Origin: Podospora anserina
Taxonomy: Eukaryota
DNA length: 64,000 nucleotides
Direction: 5' to 3'
NCBI GenBank assembly: GCA_017654855.1
Contig: CM030336.1
Span: 248,001 to 312,000 of the forward strand
Numbering within the stretch: position 1 is the first letter of the stretch; every line of letters begins with the position of its first letter. The position numbers and the translations under genes are program-made. The notes beneath the pieces were generated by a model that searched no databases, was not told the DNA's origin, and worked only from the letters and a program-made list of their open reading frames with translations. Positions 24,319 through 37,563 of the stretch are shown in pieces.

Positions 24319-27300
24319 GAATCTCCTCTGATCTAGTTACCTCCCACCAGGTCAAGGCACACCGCCAAGCACACCATCACATCACAAAATCCGCAGTTCG
24401 GATGATCCGAGGGATATGTTGCAATTTTGGTAGTGCGAGACGGCATGCACGGGTGGCAGGTGAACAAACACACATGCACACAGACACACACACACACATT
24501 GTCCGACTCGTGGGTAAGTGCACCAGCTGAGTCTATTGTGACGGTAGACGATATCTGTTTCAGTAGACGAGCATTTGCCGTGGGGGGAACGAGGCACTGG
24601 TGTAACCGAGTTCATTGTGGAAGAGGGTGCAGTGGTGATGTGGAAGAAAGGGGTTGATATCATGTAGAGTGTTGCATTTGATGGTCTGTGTCGACCACCT
24701 TGTATGTGCTGTTTCCTCTGGTTCTTCTCACTCGGGATAGGAGCGGAGCGGCACTCCAGAAATATTGAACCAGTCTGTTTGATTTTCACAGTATAGCCTT
24801 CACAGCCTTGGTTCTAGGCAGATGGCCAACTTTGCGGCTCTGCTGCTCATGATGGAGAGCCAAGCCTGGTTTGGTAAAGCAGGGTCATGGCATTTTTGTC
24901 ATGGCGTCGTCACTTGTAAGCCGCTCGCATTGCATGATCATGGTCCCCATGCTTCTTGTTGCTTGTCTGCATCATCTCCAGAATCGAGTCAGCTCGTCGT
25001 ATGTTTGCCTTATGCACACCACCGCTCACCACGCAACGGTCATCCGATCTCAGTCAGAATGGTTGCTGACGGAAAACAAGTGCTGGCTTCCCGCGCCGGG
25101 TAGGCGGGTTCACGGTTCAACATGTCCGCCCAGATCACGTTTCCTCCCGAGCATGTCGCCATTTTGATTGAGTGAACCTTACCGATCCGAGGCTTCCACA
25201 CTTGTTGTCTCATATGCATGACAACTCGGATCTTTCTTGGTTTCTATGACGACTTCTTGTTCTTTTGGGTCCCGCCGATCACCGATCACCCATTCACCTC
25301 GGTACCCGTCCCACCCGTTCATCCTCTTTCATGATAATACCCTAGAACAAAAGGAAAAGGGGTGGGTGAGACTGATCTTAGCCGTTGCGGTTTGAGGTGC
25401 GTGGGGAAAAAAAAAAAGCCTGTCGTTGATACCACCTGATCATAATAGAAGATGACAAGTCACATTTTGGCAACGGAGATGCAAGATATTGTGTGATGTG
25501 AGAGGGGGAGGTGGGCAGAGAGCAAGGTTTGATGAAATCGATCGAGGGTAAGCACTAGGCTGCTTCAAGACCAGAAGCCATGAACCAGCTGATGACCTGG
25601 GTTGCCGGCAGCAGTAGCAGCAGCAGAGATAATGTAAGAAGCAGATATTTCCATCCCTACAGGGTGGAATATATGTGATGTATGTACCTGCCTAGACAAG
25701 GAGTTTGGGTTCTAGAATTCATCAAGATCCCTGACCCTGACCTTTACCCCCCTCCGCCCCCCCCTCCCTGCGTGCCCTTGGATAAAGTCGTTAGTTTTGG
25801 GGCTTTGTATCACCACACCATCACCACTTCCTCCCTCTTCATGCACAGTTCTTCAGTTTCAAACATACCTAGAATCAGCCAAGAGACCGGCCCGGGATTT
25901 GTTTTGTTGAATGCGACGGCAACACACAATCAGCTTTCGGATAGATAGCTAGCACGGCACGAGATTAAACAAAAAAGATGTCCATACGTTGGGATTTGGT
26001 GAGTAAGTACCAACCTACCTTGGGCCAGGGTCAGCGTAAGACGGTGGTTGTATAAGCCGTTTTATATGGGGCAAAAAGCACGCTAGGTAGCAGCCTCTCT
26101 CATCGATCAATGAGGAAAATGAAGCTCCTCGGTCCGGGTTTCTGGTTAATAGGTTAGATGATCCCTTGAAAATGCTCATTTTCGAGCTTCCCTACCACTG
26201 ACCGAGCAACTCTCACAAGATGGCCTCTTGCTTTCCCCTCCCCCAAAAAAAAACCACTCCCCCAGATGCAGGTGAAGGTCGTCTTTCTTGGCGTAGGATT
26301 TCCAATACATGCCATGTTGTACTCCCACATCCGCCCCCCGGTCCGTTTATCGCGGCGTCATGCCGTTGGTCCTGCACGCTGCACAAAATATATGAGAGGA
26401 AAAATGTCGCTTCTGCCTTCCTACTTGCTGCACTGAACGGAAGGATGTTCCGCTCCCGTGGTCCTCCATGCCTCAAACCTCCCGCCCCGTCGTCGATCGT
26501 ACCCCCCGCCCTCCCCAGTTCGACGCAGTTTTGATCCTGTGCTTCTCTGACTAGGTAGGTAGATCAACAACCGTCTGACATGGCATTAATACCTAACCTA
26601 CTAGTGATCCTCCTCCAGCTCGGGTATGCCTTGGGAGGGAGCCATGTAGGAGCAATGCGACGATTCATACCGTTTCAACCGACCAGTGATAACCACCTTC
26701 TTCCCACCCCAGTCTCCACCGTCCACAAGGCCCCGCGATCGCCCCAGGCAAGGTGACGGCACAGCCCGTTTAGCTAGCTCTTTTTTCTTTCTGTGGAACC
26801 GAATGCTACTGTCGTAGGATCTGTGGTGATGATGGAGGGAAGGAAGAAGAAGCAGGCCAACGGCGCAGCAGCAACTTGACTCAGCAAAGAGAAACCCCAC
26901 GTCCAAGGAAACATGAAAAAGGCGGAGGGGCACGGCAAAGTATACTATTTGCATATAAGCAGGGGAAAAAAAAATATCAGAGAAGACTGGGGGATCGCCA
27001 ACAGGGTTACCCAAAACTCGGCAGAAACCACCAATTCTCTCCAGGATGGCCCCCAACAAGAATGCCAGTCAGTCAGTGCCTGAACCTTTTCGTTCCTGTC
27101 TTTGTTGCTCTCGTCTCGGTCCCCAAGAGGCCTGCGAGAGAAGCACCTCGCATTCGGCCCCTACGCGATGGTGTAAAAAGGGCTGAACCGCTCGCACAAG
27201 TGCCATGGGACAGGGTATTCGGTATATATGTATGTTGCGTGGTTGGTGGTTCGAGATAAACGTCTTGATTTTATCCGTGTAACCCTAACCCATCAACTCT

Positions 27301-27362
27301 CCTCGCTGTTGGCACCCCCCCTACTCTCTACTCGCCCTGTGCAGCAAACCCTGGCATTCTTT

Positions 27363-27402
27363 TGCCTGCCCTATCCTGCCCTATCCTGCCTTATCCTGCC
27401 CT
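27363..27402. repeat. 10-bp tandem repeat (CCTGCCCTAT) about x3.5
   Basis: gcctgccctatcctgccctatcctgccttatcctgcccta. Confidence 0.85.
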
Positions 27403-27849
27403 ACGAAGAAGGAGGGCTGCATTAGCTCACACACCCCACCTGCTTGGATGGCTGCACGACCCAAAAACGGTGTGCGGGATATGAGTTGCAGCAGCAACAA
27501 CTGCCAACAACAGTTAGGCAAAACGGTGGTGGCCTCTCTCTTTTGCTGCGCCGCAGGGCACTCGGTTCGGTAACCTTTTTCTTCTCTCAAAACCCCTGCT
27601 TGCCCCCCTCCTCTGTGCCGAGTGGGAATTGTTACCCTTCTGGGAACCACGTCTCTGAGTGGTCCAGGAGTGCGAACTTGAATCCATCATCCAGCACCGT
27701 TTCCTCCGTGCAACAATGAACCAAGATTTGTGGTTGTGGTTGAGGTGGATATCGTCGGCCCTGAAGATACACAGACACCTACATGTGTAGGACGATGATC
27801 ATCTTTTGCATATTCGCCGTCGGAGATTGCAGCAGACCAAGCAGCAATA

Positions 27850-28564
27850 TCAAGGCAAGTTCTTGGGCACCGAAGGGAAATAGTTTGGATCGCGCAGTCT
27901 TTCTCGGTTCCGTTTGGCGATCTCGGCTTGCCTCTTCTTGAACAGCCGCTGTTGGAAAAAGGTGCTGCAGAAAACTTGGTCAGCACCCGGCCCTGTTTCG
28001 CCCAGAAAAGGTTCACGGAAGCAAAGCATGGAGGGAAACTGACGGTTTGAGTTCAAACACGCGAGGCTCTTCCTCCTCGGCTGGTGAAACTGATGTCTCC
28101 TCTTTTTTCTGCAAGACCGTTAGCACAGGCACACGACACGACACCGCCAGGGGAAGGAGGGAGGAGGAGGCGGGAGAGTCGGCGGATCTAACCGTTGCTG
28201 CCGCCTTGTCCTTGTCCTTGTCATCTGTCTTTTTGGTGTCATCCTTCTCGTCCTTGTCCTCCTTGTCCTCCTTGTCCTCCTTCTTCTCTGCCTTTTCCTT
28301 CTTTTTCTTCTGTTTCTCTTCGTACTCCTTCTTCACCCGCTCAATCTCGTCTTCCAGCTCCTTCTTCTTGCGCGCTTCGATGGCGGCATGGTCGATCTTG
28401 GGGGTGCAGAAGCCTGTGTCTTTGAGGTGAGAAGGACAGACGTAGAACCAGTCTTTGCTGTCCGATGTGATCAGGACACTGGAGCTGGGCTTGTAGCAAA
28501 TCTCGCATGACTTAGCCGAGGTCTCGGCAACCTTGCGGTGTGTGTACTGGTTTGGAAACGCCAT
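27850..28564 (-). CDS. VFA1: Vps4-associated protein Vfa1 (DUF1742)
   Basis: MAFPNQYTHRKVAETSAKSCEICYKPSSSVL..DWFYVCPSHLKD; introns 28192-28109 and 28043-27965; ends PRVFELK..FQQRL..FPSVPKNLP. Confidence 0.85.
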
Positions 28565-28579
28565 CTTCGGGCATTCGAG

Positions 28580-28580
<1 letters not shown>

Positions 28581-28627
<47 letters not shown>
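28581..28627. repeat. Compound microsatellite (CA)4(AG)20 immediately upstream of the VFA1 ATG
   Basis: Directly visible. Confidence 0.95.
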
Positions 28628-28629
<2 letters not shown>

Positions 28630-28886
28630 GTTTGTTGATGTCGTGATTCCAAATAATGCTGAGCTGTCGACGCGACAAGCCCCAGGCAAGGCGGCCGCGG
28701 GGTAGCTCCCTCCAGCCTAGGCCTTAAAAACACCGTGTTTACACAGTACGCGGCACTGTGTTATCGAAATGTTGTCTGCCCCTGACCAGACGGAGGTCTT
28801 CATGAGAGATTGTCTATGTTTTTGTATGGACTCGGGTCTATCTTCATGAACCAAACGAATCTCAGGGCCAGCCAAGTATCCAACCA

Positions 28887-30457
28887 TTAATCCTCATCCA
28901 TGCCCTCCCCATCCAAGTCATTCTCATCATCATCATCATCCTCGCCGCCTTCTGCATCTTCATCATCGTCTTCCTCTTCACTCGATGTCCCACTTCCTTC
29001 GCTTTCACCCTCACTCCCAGGATCATAATCCTCTTCGTCTTCATCTTCTTCATCCTGTAACCGCTGCTCTGCCTCCCACTGTGCCTTTTCCAGCTCTGTC
29101 ATGCCCGCAGTCTGCGCATTCTCCGCCTCCCCTCCCCCGGTTCCATCAGCATCATCCTCCCCACCAGTGGTTTTATTATTCTCAGCCAGCTCCCTCTTGG
29201 CCTTGCGCTTTTCAGCCATGCTCTTATCCGCCAGACCGTGCCGTTGCACGTAATTAGCATTGATCCCCTCAAAGTCCTCTTTGTCCAGCATGCCAAACTC
29301 AATCTCCTTCTCCACATTGCCCGACTCGTCCACGTCGAGCTCAACCACAATGTTGAACGTCCTCGCCAGCACCGAAGTGAAGCTCAACGCCACGATCCTA
29401 TCCAGTGGCAAGAACACAATCGGCTTCTTGAACCCCCACAGTATCCCCGTCGGCAAGAAGAACAGGTACCCATCTTTGCTCCCCCTGAAGGCCTTGACGT
29501 GCACCGCCTTTTCCGTGGGGCGATGGGCTTGCCTCGTTACCGAGTGGAAAAGTTTTGGGTCTGACGCAACAATGCTGCAAGAGTGGTTCCCTGCGGATTT
29601 GAGAGAGGTTGCCAGCGCCCAGTGGAACAGTGTACTGTAACTGTCCGACACGGCTTCTGCCGTCTTGGCTGAGGCGCCCCCGATCGAGCCTGGCTTTGGA
29701 GCTGCCCCGGGGACAGTGAAGACGAACGGTTCGAGAGCGGTTGGACTCGTCGGCGCAGCACCCGCGGCGGGTTTGGCCGTTCGAGTAGGAAGGTAGCTGT
29801 TACGGGGGAGGACGACGTAGTTGTGTTGAACCGTGGACTTTTCGGGGACTGGGAGATAGAAGATGTGCTCTGTACGGCGGTGAAAAGCACAAAAATTAGT
29901 AATTGCCCAACAAAGACAGACCGAGGACAGAGAACGCAACGTACCAATCTCCTTCCATGGATACACGATCCCCTGCACAGGCGTAGAGCTGCCGGACACG
30001 CTTGCGTACAAAAAGTTCTTGGTGAAGCACACATCGTACTTTTTGCGCTGTGGCGCCGATGCGGAAATATCCTTGACCTCGAGCAGCACCTGTTCTGAGG
30101 TAGCTGCGTCAAGACTTACACCTCCTCCCGCCGTACTCCCGTTCGACTGTGTCTGTTGCGACGGCCGTACTTGTGCGATATCGACCCGTCTTCGTTTGGC
30201 GGCCGGGCCGTCGTCGTCTTGTGTAGAGCCATGGTCGGAGGCCGTGGCAATGCGCTCGTATACAAAGCTGGCGATCTCGTTGAACAGTCCGACACGCGCT
30301 GGAGTGTCTGGTGTTTTGCTCGTCAGTATTCTCCCTGGGCCCCGACATCATGGGGTGCACGACATGGCATACCGGCGGCTTCCTGGATGCCCGCGAGGAT
30401 GTCTGGTCGCGTTTGGAAGACTGATTGGAGAGTCTCAACATTGAGCTTTGCCGGCAT
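28887..30457 (-). CDS. RTT106: Histone chaperone Rtt106
   Basis: MPAKLNVETLQSVFQTRPDIL start; two introns; PH-domain motifs PQRKKY and HVKAFRGSKDGYLFFLPTGILWGFKKP, EIEFGMLD; acidic tail. Confidence 0.88.
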
Positions 30458-30836
30458 GGCGGGCAATTGGTAGTGTTTCGAGATGTGGGAGATGTCAAAT
30501 TACATGTGGTTGTCTATGTGTGTTTGGAAAATGGTTGCCAGGTTGCCAGGTTGCCAGGTTGCCTTATCGTGCGTTTGGAGTCTCGAGTTTTCGTATCTTG
30601 GACGCGTTAATTGACTTGGTTCTGCCATAATTTAGGCGCCAACATCATGTGACGTCAGTTACAAGTCCCCTAACCCTCTTTCTTTTCCATAGCCAAAACA
30701 AAAAACAACATGTCACAGCCGTGCTTGGATTGTCCAAGGTACCTATCAATTGTTCCGGGACAAAGTCCTTTTCTCTATTTTGACTCTTTTAACTCTATCT
30801 TACTCTCCCCGTTTCTGTGATTAAACTCAACCCTGG

Positions 30837-33210
30837 TTACTGACCTTGCACAGCACCACCAACCACCGTCACTTTTTCCTTGCCATTTCCAGGATCAATC
30901 ACCAATGTCTCCTTCGGCCCCGTGCTGACCGTCATCGCCGGCTTCATGGCCGCCGCATCTGTCGGGGAGGACCGGTCGACTCTTCCCTTCTTCCCGCGCC
31001 GTCTCAAAGTCGGGCTCACTGTTGGGATACCGCCCTGACCCAAGACAGGTTTTCCCGTCACATGCACTTTCTTGTCCTCGTCCGTCCACGTCTCGAAATC
31101 AAGCGATGTCCAATCCTCGGTGCCAATTGTCGGCATCGATTCCATGGAAATGGGAGTGGTGGTCCAATCCCAGTCTGTGCCGGTCAAGTCGGACTCGATG
31201 CTGACTAGGGAGGTGGAGAGGCTGTCTGTCCAGGACCAAGAATCATCCGTCGTCCAAGACCACGAATCATCTGTGGTGGTGGAGCTTTCCCAGGAGATAT
31301 CTGAGGTGCTGCTGGCGGTGTCCCAAATCATGGTGGTGGTGGTTCCCCAAGGTTCCTCGGTCCAGGGGTCGTAGCTGCTGGTGGAAGTGGGGACGGCCGA
31401 GTAGGCGCCAGTAGAGTACGAGGTGCATTTCGAGGCTGAATACGAGGAAGAAGAGCTCGAGGCTGGTGTCATCACCCAGCTTTCTGAGGAGGTCGAGGAG
31501 AGCTCCCCATGTTTCGAGTCGTCGTCGGCCGAAGAGGGCGCGTCGGACCCCTCTTCACAATCGCCGTGAAACTGGCCGATGCCATGGGTCGATATGATGT
31601 TGGTGCCGCAGTTTTGGTATTGAGCAAAGTAGATCTTGTGCTCCTTCTGTCGGAAAAGAGCTTTGAGCTGCGTCAGAGGTTGTCAAGTCTCGGATGGAAT
31701 GAGGCAGACGTACCGTATACCGACCGCAGGAACGTATCTCCAAGAATGTAAAACTGATCCCAGGAAGGGACAACGCCCAGGAGACAGAGGGTCTCCTCGT
31801 TGTCACCAAACACACCTGGTTCAAGCTGGAAAATAAAGTCTCTGTAGGGCACACGAATGGTTTGGTTCCCAAAACCGAAATCAACGCTCCCCTCGGCATG
31901 GAGGTGGGAACAATCGACAATGGTACCGTATGTTGCATTGTCCACGGCGTCTGGGAAGAACCTTTTGATGTTTTCGAATACATGGTTTGGCACGTAAGTG
32001 AGAGTGGTGCCTGTATCGGGGAGAAAGCGTTCTTCGAAGCTGTGTTCGGTCACAGGCATGGACAGGCACGACCCGGGTTGGGTGACGCCGATGTAGGTGA
32101 GGTTGATCCAGTACCGGTAGTAACCATCCTCTTCCTGGTTGAGCTGGCTTGCCATCTCAACGCCGTGGAGGGGCCCTCTGAATTTGGCCATGTCGACACC
32201 GCCAAAGACAATCTCGCCTAGAGCGACACGATCGAACTGTTAGAATGCCGGCAACGAAAGACATGTGATGATGAAATGAGAAACCTACCATTTTCATCAT
32301 CTACGCTTCCAAGCGAGAAGCTGAAATCCTTGTCTCGAATCAGATTCTGTGAATACATGGCATCGATTATGCCGCTGTAGTTTTGGTTGTATCCCTCTCC
32401 ATATGCCACTCCAAAAATGCCCGAGATCATGCCCGACGACCACGTCGCCACTCCAAACTGAACCGGCTGCCTGAGCGAGAACATTTCGTCGTCATAGTAC
32501 TCGGATGGATCTGTCTGGCTCGTCAGTGCCTGTGATGGCGGACAGTGAAAAACGACCGGCTGGATGAGGTCTCGCTCACCGTTGAAGCTGATGGCATCCT
32601 TGTAGAATTCAATGTGTGTTTCCCCGCTGCCGTACGTGATGTACTTGGATGGAAAGGTCCTGTTCATGCTGATTACAGTTTCCGACTGCTGTGGCAGATA
32701 CATGCCCAGTGACCGGCAGAGCTTCTCGTAGGACGGATTCCAACCAACCATGGTGCAGTGTGGACTGACCCATGTTTCGGAAGAACCAGTATCGAAGTCG
32801 AGGGTCACGGCCTGAGCAGGCTCTCCAATCCACACTGCCCTGCTTGTTAGCATGTGCCATATCCTCTCACGAAGGCCGGACTCACTCTTGATGCCATAGG
32901 CCATCTCCTTGAATATGCTGGTCAGGTTGGCCTGGGCAAGTGTAGCTGCAGGCGGGGCGGAGGATGTTGTGCTTGTGCTGTAGTAGTCGGAGGTATATTT
33001 CGCCGGAAGGCGCTGTGCATGAGGGAACCCACGGCTTGATCTGGACTGCTGTTGACTGGGGCTTCGTTTTCTCATCGGCAAGCGAACAATGCCATTTTCG
33101 GCATCCTTGGAACGTCTAGCTGCAGACGCCGGGTCCGCCTTTGCAGCAGCGGTTGATGTTGCGGACACGAGAAGGCACAGCAGGATGCTCCAGCCTTGGG
33201 GGAAGTGCAT
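30837..33210 (-). CDS. Secreted pepsin-family (A1, yapsin-like) aspartic protease with a Ser/Thr/Trp-rich tail (multi-exon)
   Basis: Signal peptide; LDFDTGSSETWV and FLPDTGTTLTYVP catalytic motifs; ITYGSG flap; ILGDTFLRSVY; frames joined by about 4 introns. Confidence 0.88.
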
Positions 33211-35977
33211 AATGAGACGGGAGATGCACAGAATGTGCGCGACAGCTGCAGAGAAGCAGGTGAATGGAGAAGCTGCTGTACTGGCAGGATGTTGTGTTCC
33301 GTGGTGAGGAGCAATGGCTGCCAGTCAAGTGCCATGATCTATCATATATATGTAACAGCCGTCAGGACTCAGAAGGCGCCTGAACAAGTTTGATCATCTC
33401 GATCTTGACCTACCCGACGCTAGATTGGGCGCGGCTTGCACGTTTCAACCAAAAGGGTTGTGTAGCTTCAGCTTCAGCACAGCATCTAGGCATCGGTATC
33501 ACCATGCTGCCGACAAGTTCCGTGGGGAACCCGAGAGGTGCTTGTGTTAGTAACGGCCCAACAGACGATCGAAACTGTCATAGCAATCAGCCCACTTGCC
33601 GTCTGGGAGACTGCAGCCACAGGATCTGTGACTCGAGGCTCGGTGGTGACAAGTCAAACAATGACGCTGTCGTGATAGTCAAGCTACCCGCAGATCCCCT
33701 TGGCAGCACGCAATCGGCCGTTTGGTATTGAAATAGAGGAGATGAGCCAAGCACCTATTTTGCAAGCGGCAACCGACTCAATGCCAACCCAGCATGTTGC
33801 TTCACGTGCTTGATGACCATGTTAGGTATGAGCTCAGCACGGAACTCTTGTATGCCTAGGAACGAGTGTTAGTGCCGGGGTCGATCTCTGTTTTGGTTGT
33901 TCATTGCAATACTACCCTAGTGTATGCCACATAACAAGGCATTAAGCAAATGCTCATGAGGTGCGCCTTGACCCAGTTGGGTCTATTCAATTAGGTAACG
34001 GCCGTTGTTGGTCCGCCTGGACTATTATGAATTGTTTAGGTATCCCGTCCGTCCGCAGAGCCAAGTGCCAGCCAAGTCGGGACATAGTTGTATTTCTAGG
34101 AACACAAGACCTTGTCATGAACAGGACACCCGATATAGAAGGGTACAAGCGAGATCATCCACTCAGCGCTGGCTGAGCACCCTACTTATAGCTTTTAGTT
34201 CATATTTTCGTACGGTGCTCAAATCAACAAGCTTGGGTTGATCATCCACGCGCCGCTGATAAAGGTCCATGGGTAAACCACGAACAGGGAACTGTTTTTG
34301 TTCAGTCAACATGATAAGCAAGAGCTTCTTTATAAAATGAAATTGACATTTACCGGTGCTGAGATATGAAGTGTAGGTGAATAGCTAGTGTCGCAAGTCA
34401 TGATTACTGGCAATTCGAAAGCCGTACCCCGTATCCATTACTTCAGGATCATATTTGCCTCAATAAAGCTGCTGGATGTTCTGAGCTCGTTGAATATCTC
34501 CCGAAGTCAACTGGCATCTGAAGTCGCTGTGAATACAAACGTATGTGCATGAATCAGAAGGCTCGAAACATGCTGAAGGAAAGTGACTATCGTGAGGACG
34601 ACAAATAAGATCTGGGCTGGGAGTAATAGATGAGAGGCGTTTTCGAGTATAAATATCAGACAAGTATCCCCTTATGATAGGATCTCGACACCTCTCAAGT
34701 CAGTCAATGCCTGTATCGGTCCTACAACGCCACTTGCGACGACAAGGCTGCGACTCAAGTCTCATGGTGGAGGACTGTCTAGGCAGCTTTCGCAGTTGTC
34801 GGGACTGAAAAAGCGGTTGGTCAGCGGTTTGTCAACATGAGATGACCGGCTGAGAGCTCCTGGCATGAGTGTCAAGAACGACCATCTTCACGACTCCACG
34901 GCTTTGCATCTGCAGCTTCCCGTGCGACAAATGCAAACATTCAGCTGTGACGTCATGGTAGGACGAGCTCAATATCGCGACGAATGTAATGGGGAGGAGC
35001 AAAGTGGATGAGAGGCCGCCGTCCCCGTTAACCCCTTCTCCTGTCGGAGCTGGATGCCGAGCAACATGAGTGGGTGTCGCAACTGAGATTCCGTGATTTC
35101 CAAACGAAGACGACATGGTGACATGATGGCTAGCCGCGCGGGAGAAATGACCAAACATTTCCAGTAACTCGCGTAATCCATGTTTGGGAATGTCTGGATA
35201 CCTAGAGATGAGGTCGTGTCCAGGCCGCAGCGGGCTCCTTGTTGGGCACCTTGAGGGTTGAGTCGGAACTCGGAACTCCACAAAACGTCCAGAACCCACA
35301 GAATCCACAGAACTGCATCACCTCCCGCCAACTCCCGCCCAGCCCGCAGCCCAGACGACGTAGCGTAACCTTCGCGCCGGCGCCATTGGATATCTGAAGC
35401 CCAACTGCGTTTCTTCCAACAGCCATGGCGCCACTCTGCTTGCGTGGTCTCTCGCCTGCGTCTCTTCAGTGCCCTCTTGGCCACCCCCCTCTTATGCGGC
35501 CCAAGAGATGGATATCTTAGACAAGCGCTTGCCATCTCTCCAGACAATGAAACTATGAACCCCTCCGCCAAGCAATTTGTTGTCTGCTCCACAATGTCAT
35601 CTCGCCCCTCCTCCGCCATCCCCCCCTTTACCCCCTCGCCAAGGGCATCGATTCATCGCGTGATTTCCATTTCTCTCCAAACAACACCCGCCTGCAATAA
35701 TGGAAGGTGGAGGTTAACCAGCTGAGGCCTCCGCAGCGAGCAAGAACAAGACACGGGTCTCGTTCGGATATGCGGCACATACCGCTGAATGGAGCCCCGG
35801 TGGGGATGACCCCCCCCCCCTCCCTCTCTTGGGTCAGGTAGGGTAGCTAGGAAACAAGCATAAATACCTTCCCGCTCTTGCCACTCTTCCAGAACTTCCA
35901 TCTCAACATCTCCAACCTCCAAACCAACTCACCAAATCAACACTCTTCACCAACATAACAAGCACACATCAGACACC

Positions 35978-36436
35978 ATGTCTTTCCATCTCTCTGCCCA
36001 GGACATCCGCGTCGATGACGGCCACATCCTCCGTGCCCGTCTCGACAACGGTGAGGGCGAGTGGGTTGACGCTGAGCTCGACCTCAACACCGTCCTTGGC
36101 AACAACGACGGTAGGTCCCATCCTGTCTCCCGGCCATGTAGCTTGCCTTTTATCAGTTGCTGACGGTTTGTCTCCGCAGGCCTCTTTGAGTGGGAGGGTG
36201 GTGACTTCGCCGCCAGCGCCGAGGGTATCACCTTCCAGCTGGAGGGTGACGAGAACGTTCCCATTCTCCGTGCCGGTCTCACCAACATGAACGGCGATGT
36301 CAACTGGCATGACGTCAACCTTGCCGAGCGCATCACCAACAACGGCGGCCAGTTCGAGCTCCGTAAGTTACTGCTTTGCTCTCTGCTCGCTCCAGGTCGA
36401 CCATCTTGCTAACCAATGATGCTCTGGACAGAGTAA
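35978..36436 (+). CDS. Cyanovirin-N homolog (CVNH) lectin
   Basis: MSFHLSAQDIRVDDGHILRARL..LDLNTVLGNNDG|LFEWEG..ILRAGL..VNLAERITNNGGQF; two introns, last coding exon only 5 nt (36432-36436). Confidence 0.92.
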
Positions 36437-36774
36437 GCGCGAGAGCCGTGTGGCAGATGGACTTCCACTAGGACGGTGTAGGGATATGGGATACATGATG
36501 GACTCATGGAGAACCGAGATCTTGAGTAGTGTTAGCCACGTGCAATCAAACAAAGTAAAATTCCAAACTTGGGGTGATCCTTTGTTGTATTGTTTGGTAC
36601 TGGGTTTGATTGTGATAAGGTATCTGACTTCTGTAAACATCTCTTGACGGGTTTTGTAGTCCCCGAGTCCAAGACTTTGAATACAAGTTGCCGTACCCAC
36701 CCAGGAAAGGTTTCAGGTGGTATTGTACATGCAGTTCCTCATTCTTACATCCCGTTCTTCCTCGGGCTCCAAAC

Positions 36775-37563
36775 TCAACCCTTGGTGAACTCCCTCGACA
36801 GCTCAATGGCCATCTTGATGATCATCCCATTGCTCTCCCGAACCTTGATCAACATGTCGTAGAACAAGGCGTGAACCCCCTCGGGCGTGCCCGTGATTCT
36901 GACTTTGTGGGCGGCACGAACCTCGAGAAACTCCCTCTCCTCGGTGATCGACAGCCAGGAACACCCAATCGCCTCGTCGGTGATCAAGGGTCTGGCCCAG
37001 GCAAGCCCGCGCTTCCGCATCTCCTCCCTCTTGGCTTGATTCTCCATCGGGCGACAGATCTCGTAGTAGACCTCGATGACGGGGGAGTCATGGGCGACGG
37101 CGACCACCATGAGGTTCAGCTGGAGCCCCTCGAAACCGCTGTAATCCTGGACGTCGGGGGTGTTGATCGTGAGGACTTTGGCGAGGTAGTTGTAGACTGT
37201 GCCGGCGGGCTTGTAGGGGTTGGGGTACATCTTGACGATCCAGTCGTAGACATCGGGGGGGAACTGGGTCTTGGGATCGTGGTGGATCCTGAGCATTTTG
37301 GTCGCACCTGTCAGGTCGCTGGTGTGGAGATAATTCTCGACGCGGGGCTTGTCGTTGGCCCAGTCGGAGGCGCGGTAGGCTTTGGAGAGGTTGAAGGGAG
37401 GGGGCTGGGAGTGGTTGTGACTGGTGTTGACACAACGATAATCGACTGGGAGGGAAGAGAACGAGGGTTAGCTGAGTTCTTGAGGGAAAGGTAAAGGAGG
37501 ATGAGTACCTATCTCGCAAGGGGTCAACAACGACTTACTGCTGACATTCTCGTGGCAACCCAT
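36775..37563 (-). CDS. Hypothetical protein (about 231 aa), no family recognised
   Basis: ATG at 37563 plus a 93-nt intron (37538-37446; GTAAGT, GCTAAC branch, CAG) joins MGCHENVS in frame to the 173-aa ORF; GC3-rich, gene-like codon usage. Confidence 0.7.

Noticed and set aside
26107-26205. Possible C/D-box snoRNA (ATGAGGA...CTGA)
   Set aside because: Imperfect C box, weak terminal stem, and I could not match the guide to an rRNA or snRNA target.
33300-35900. Possible transposon or gene in the protease-CVNH divergent gap (ORF 34969-35619)
   Set aside because: No transposase or RT motifs, terminal repeats or recognisable domain.
37446-37538. Internal TAG|GT in the orphan-gene intron suggesting recursive splicing or a stwintron
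   Set aside because: The first sub-intron would be only about 30 nt; a single 93-nt intron explains the frame.
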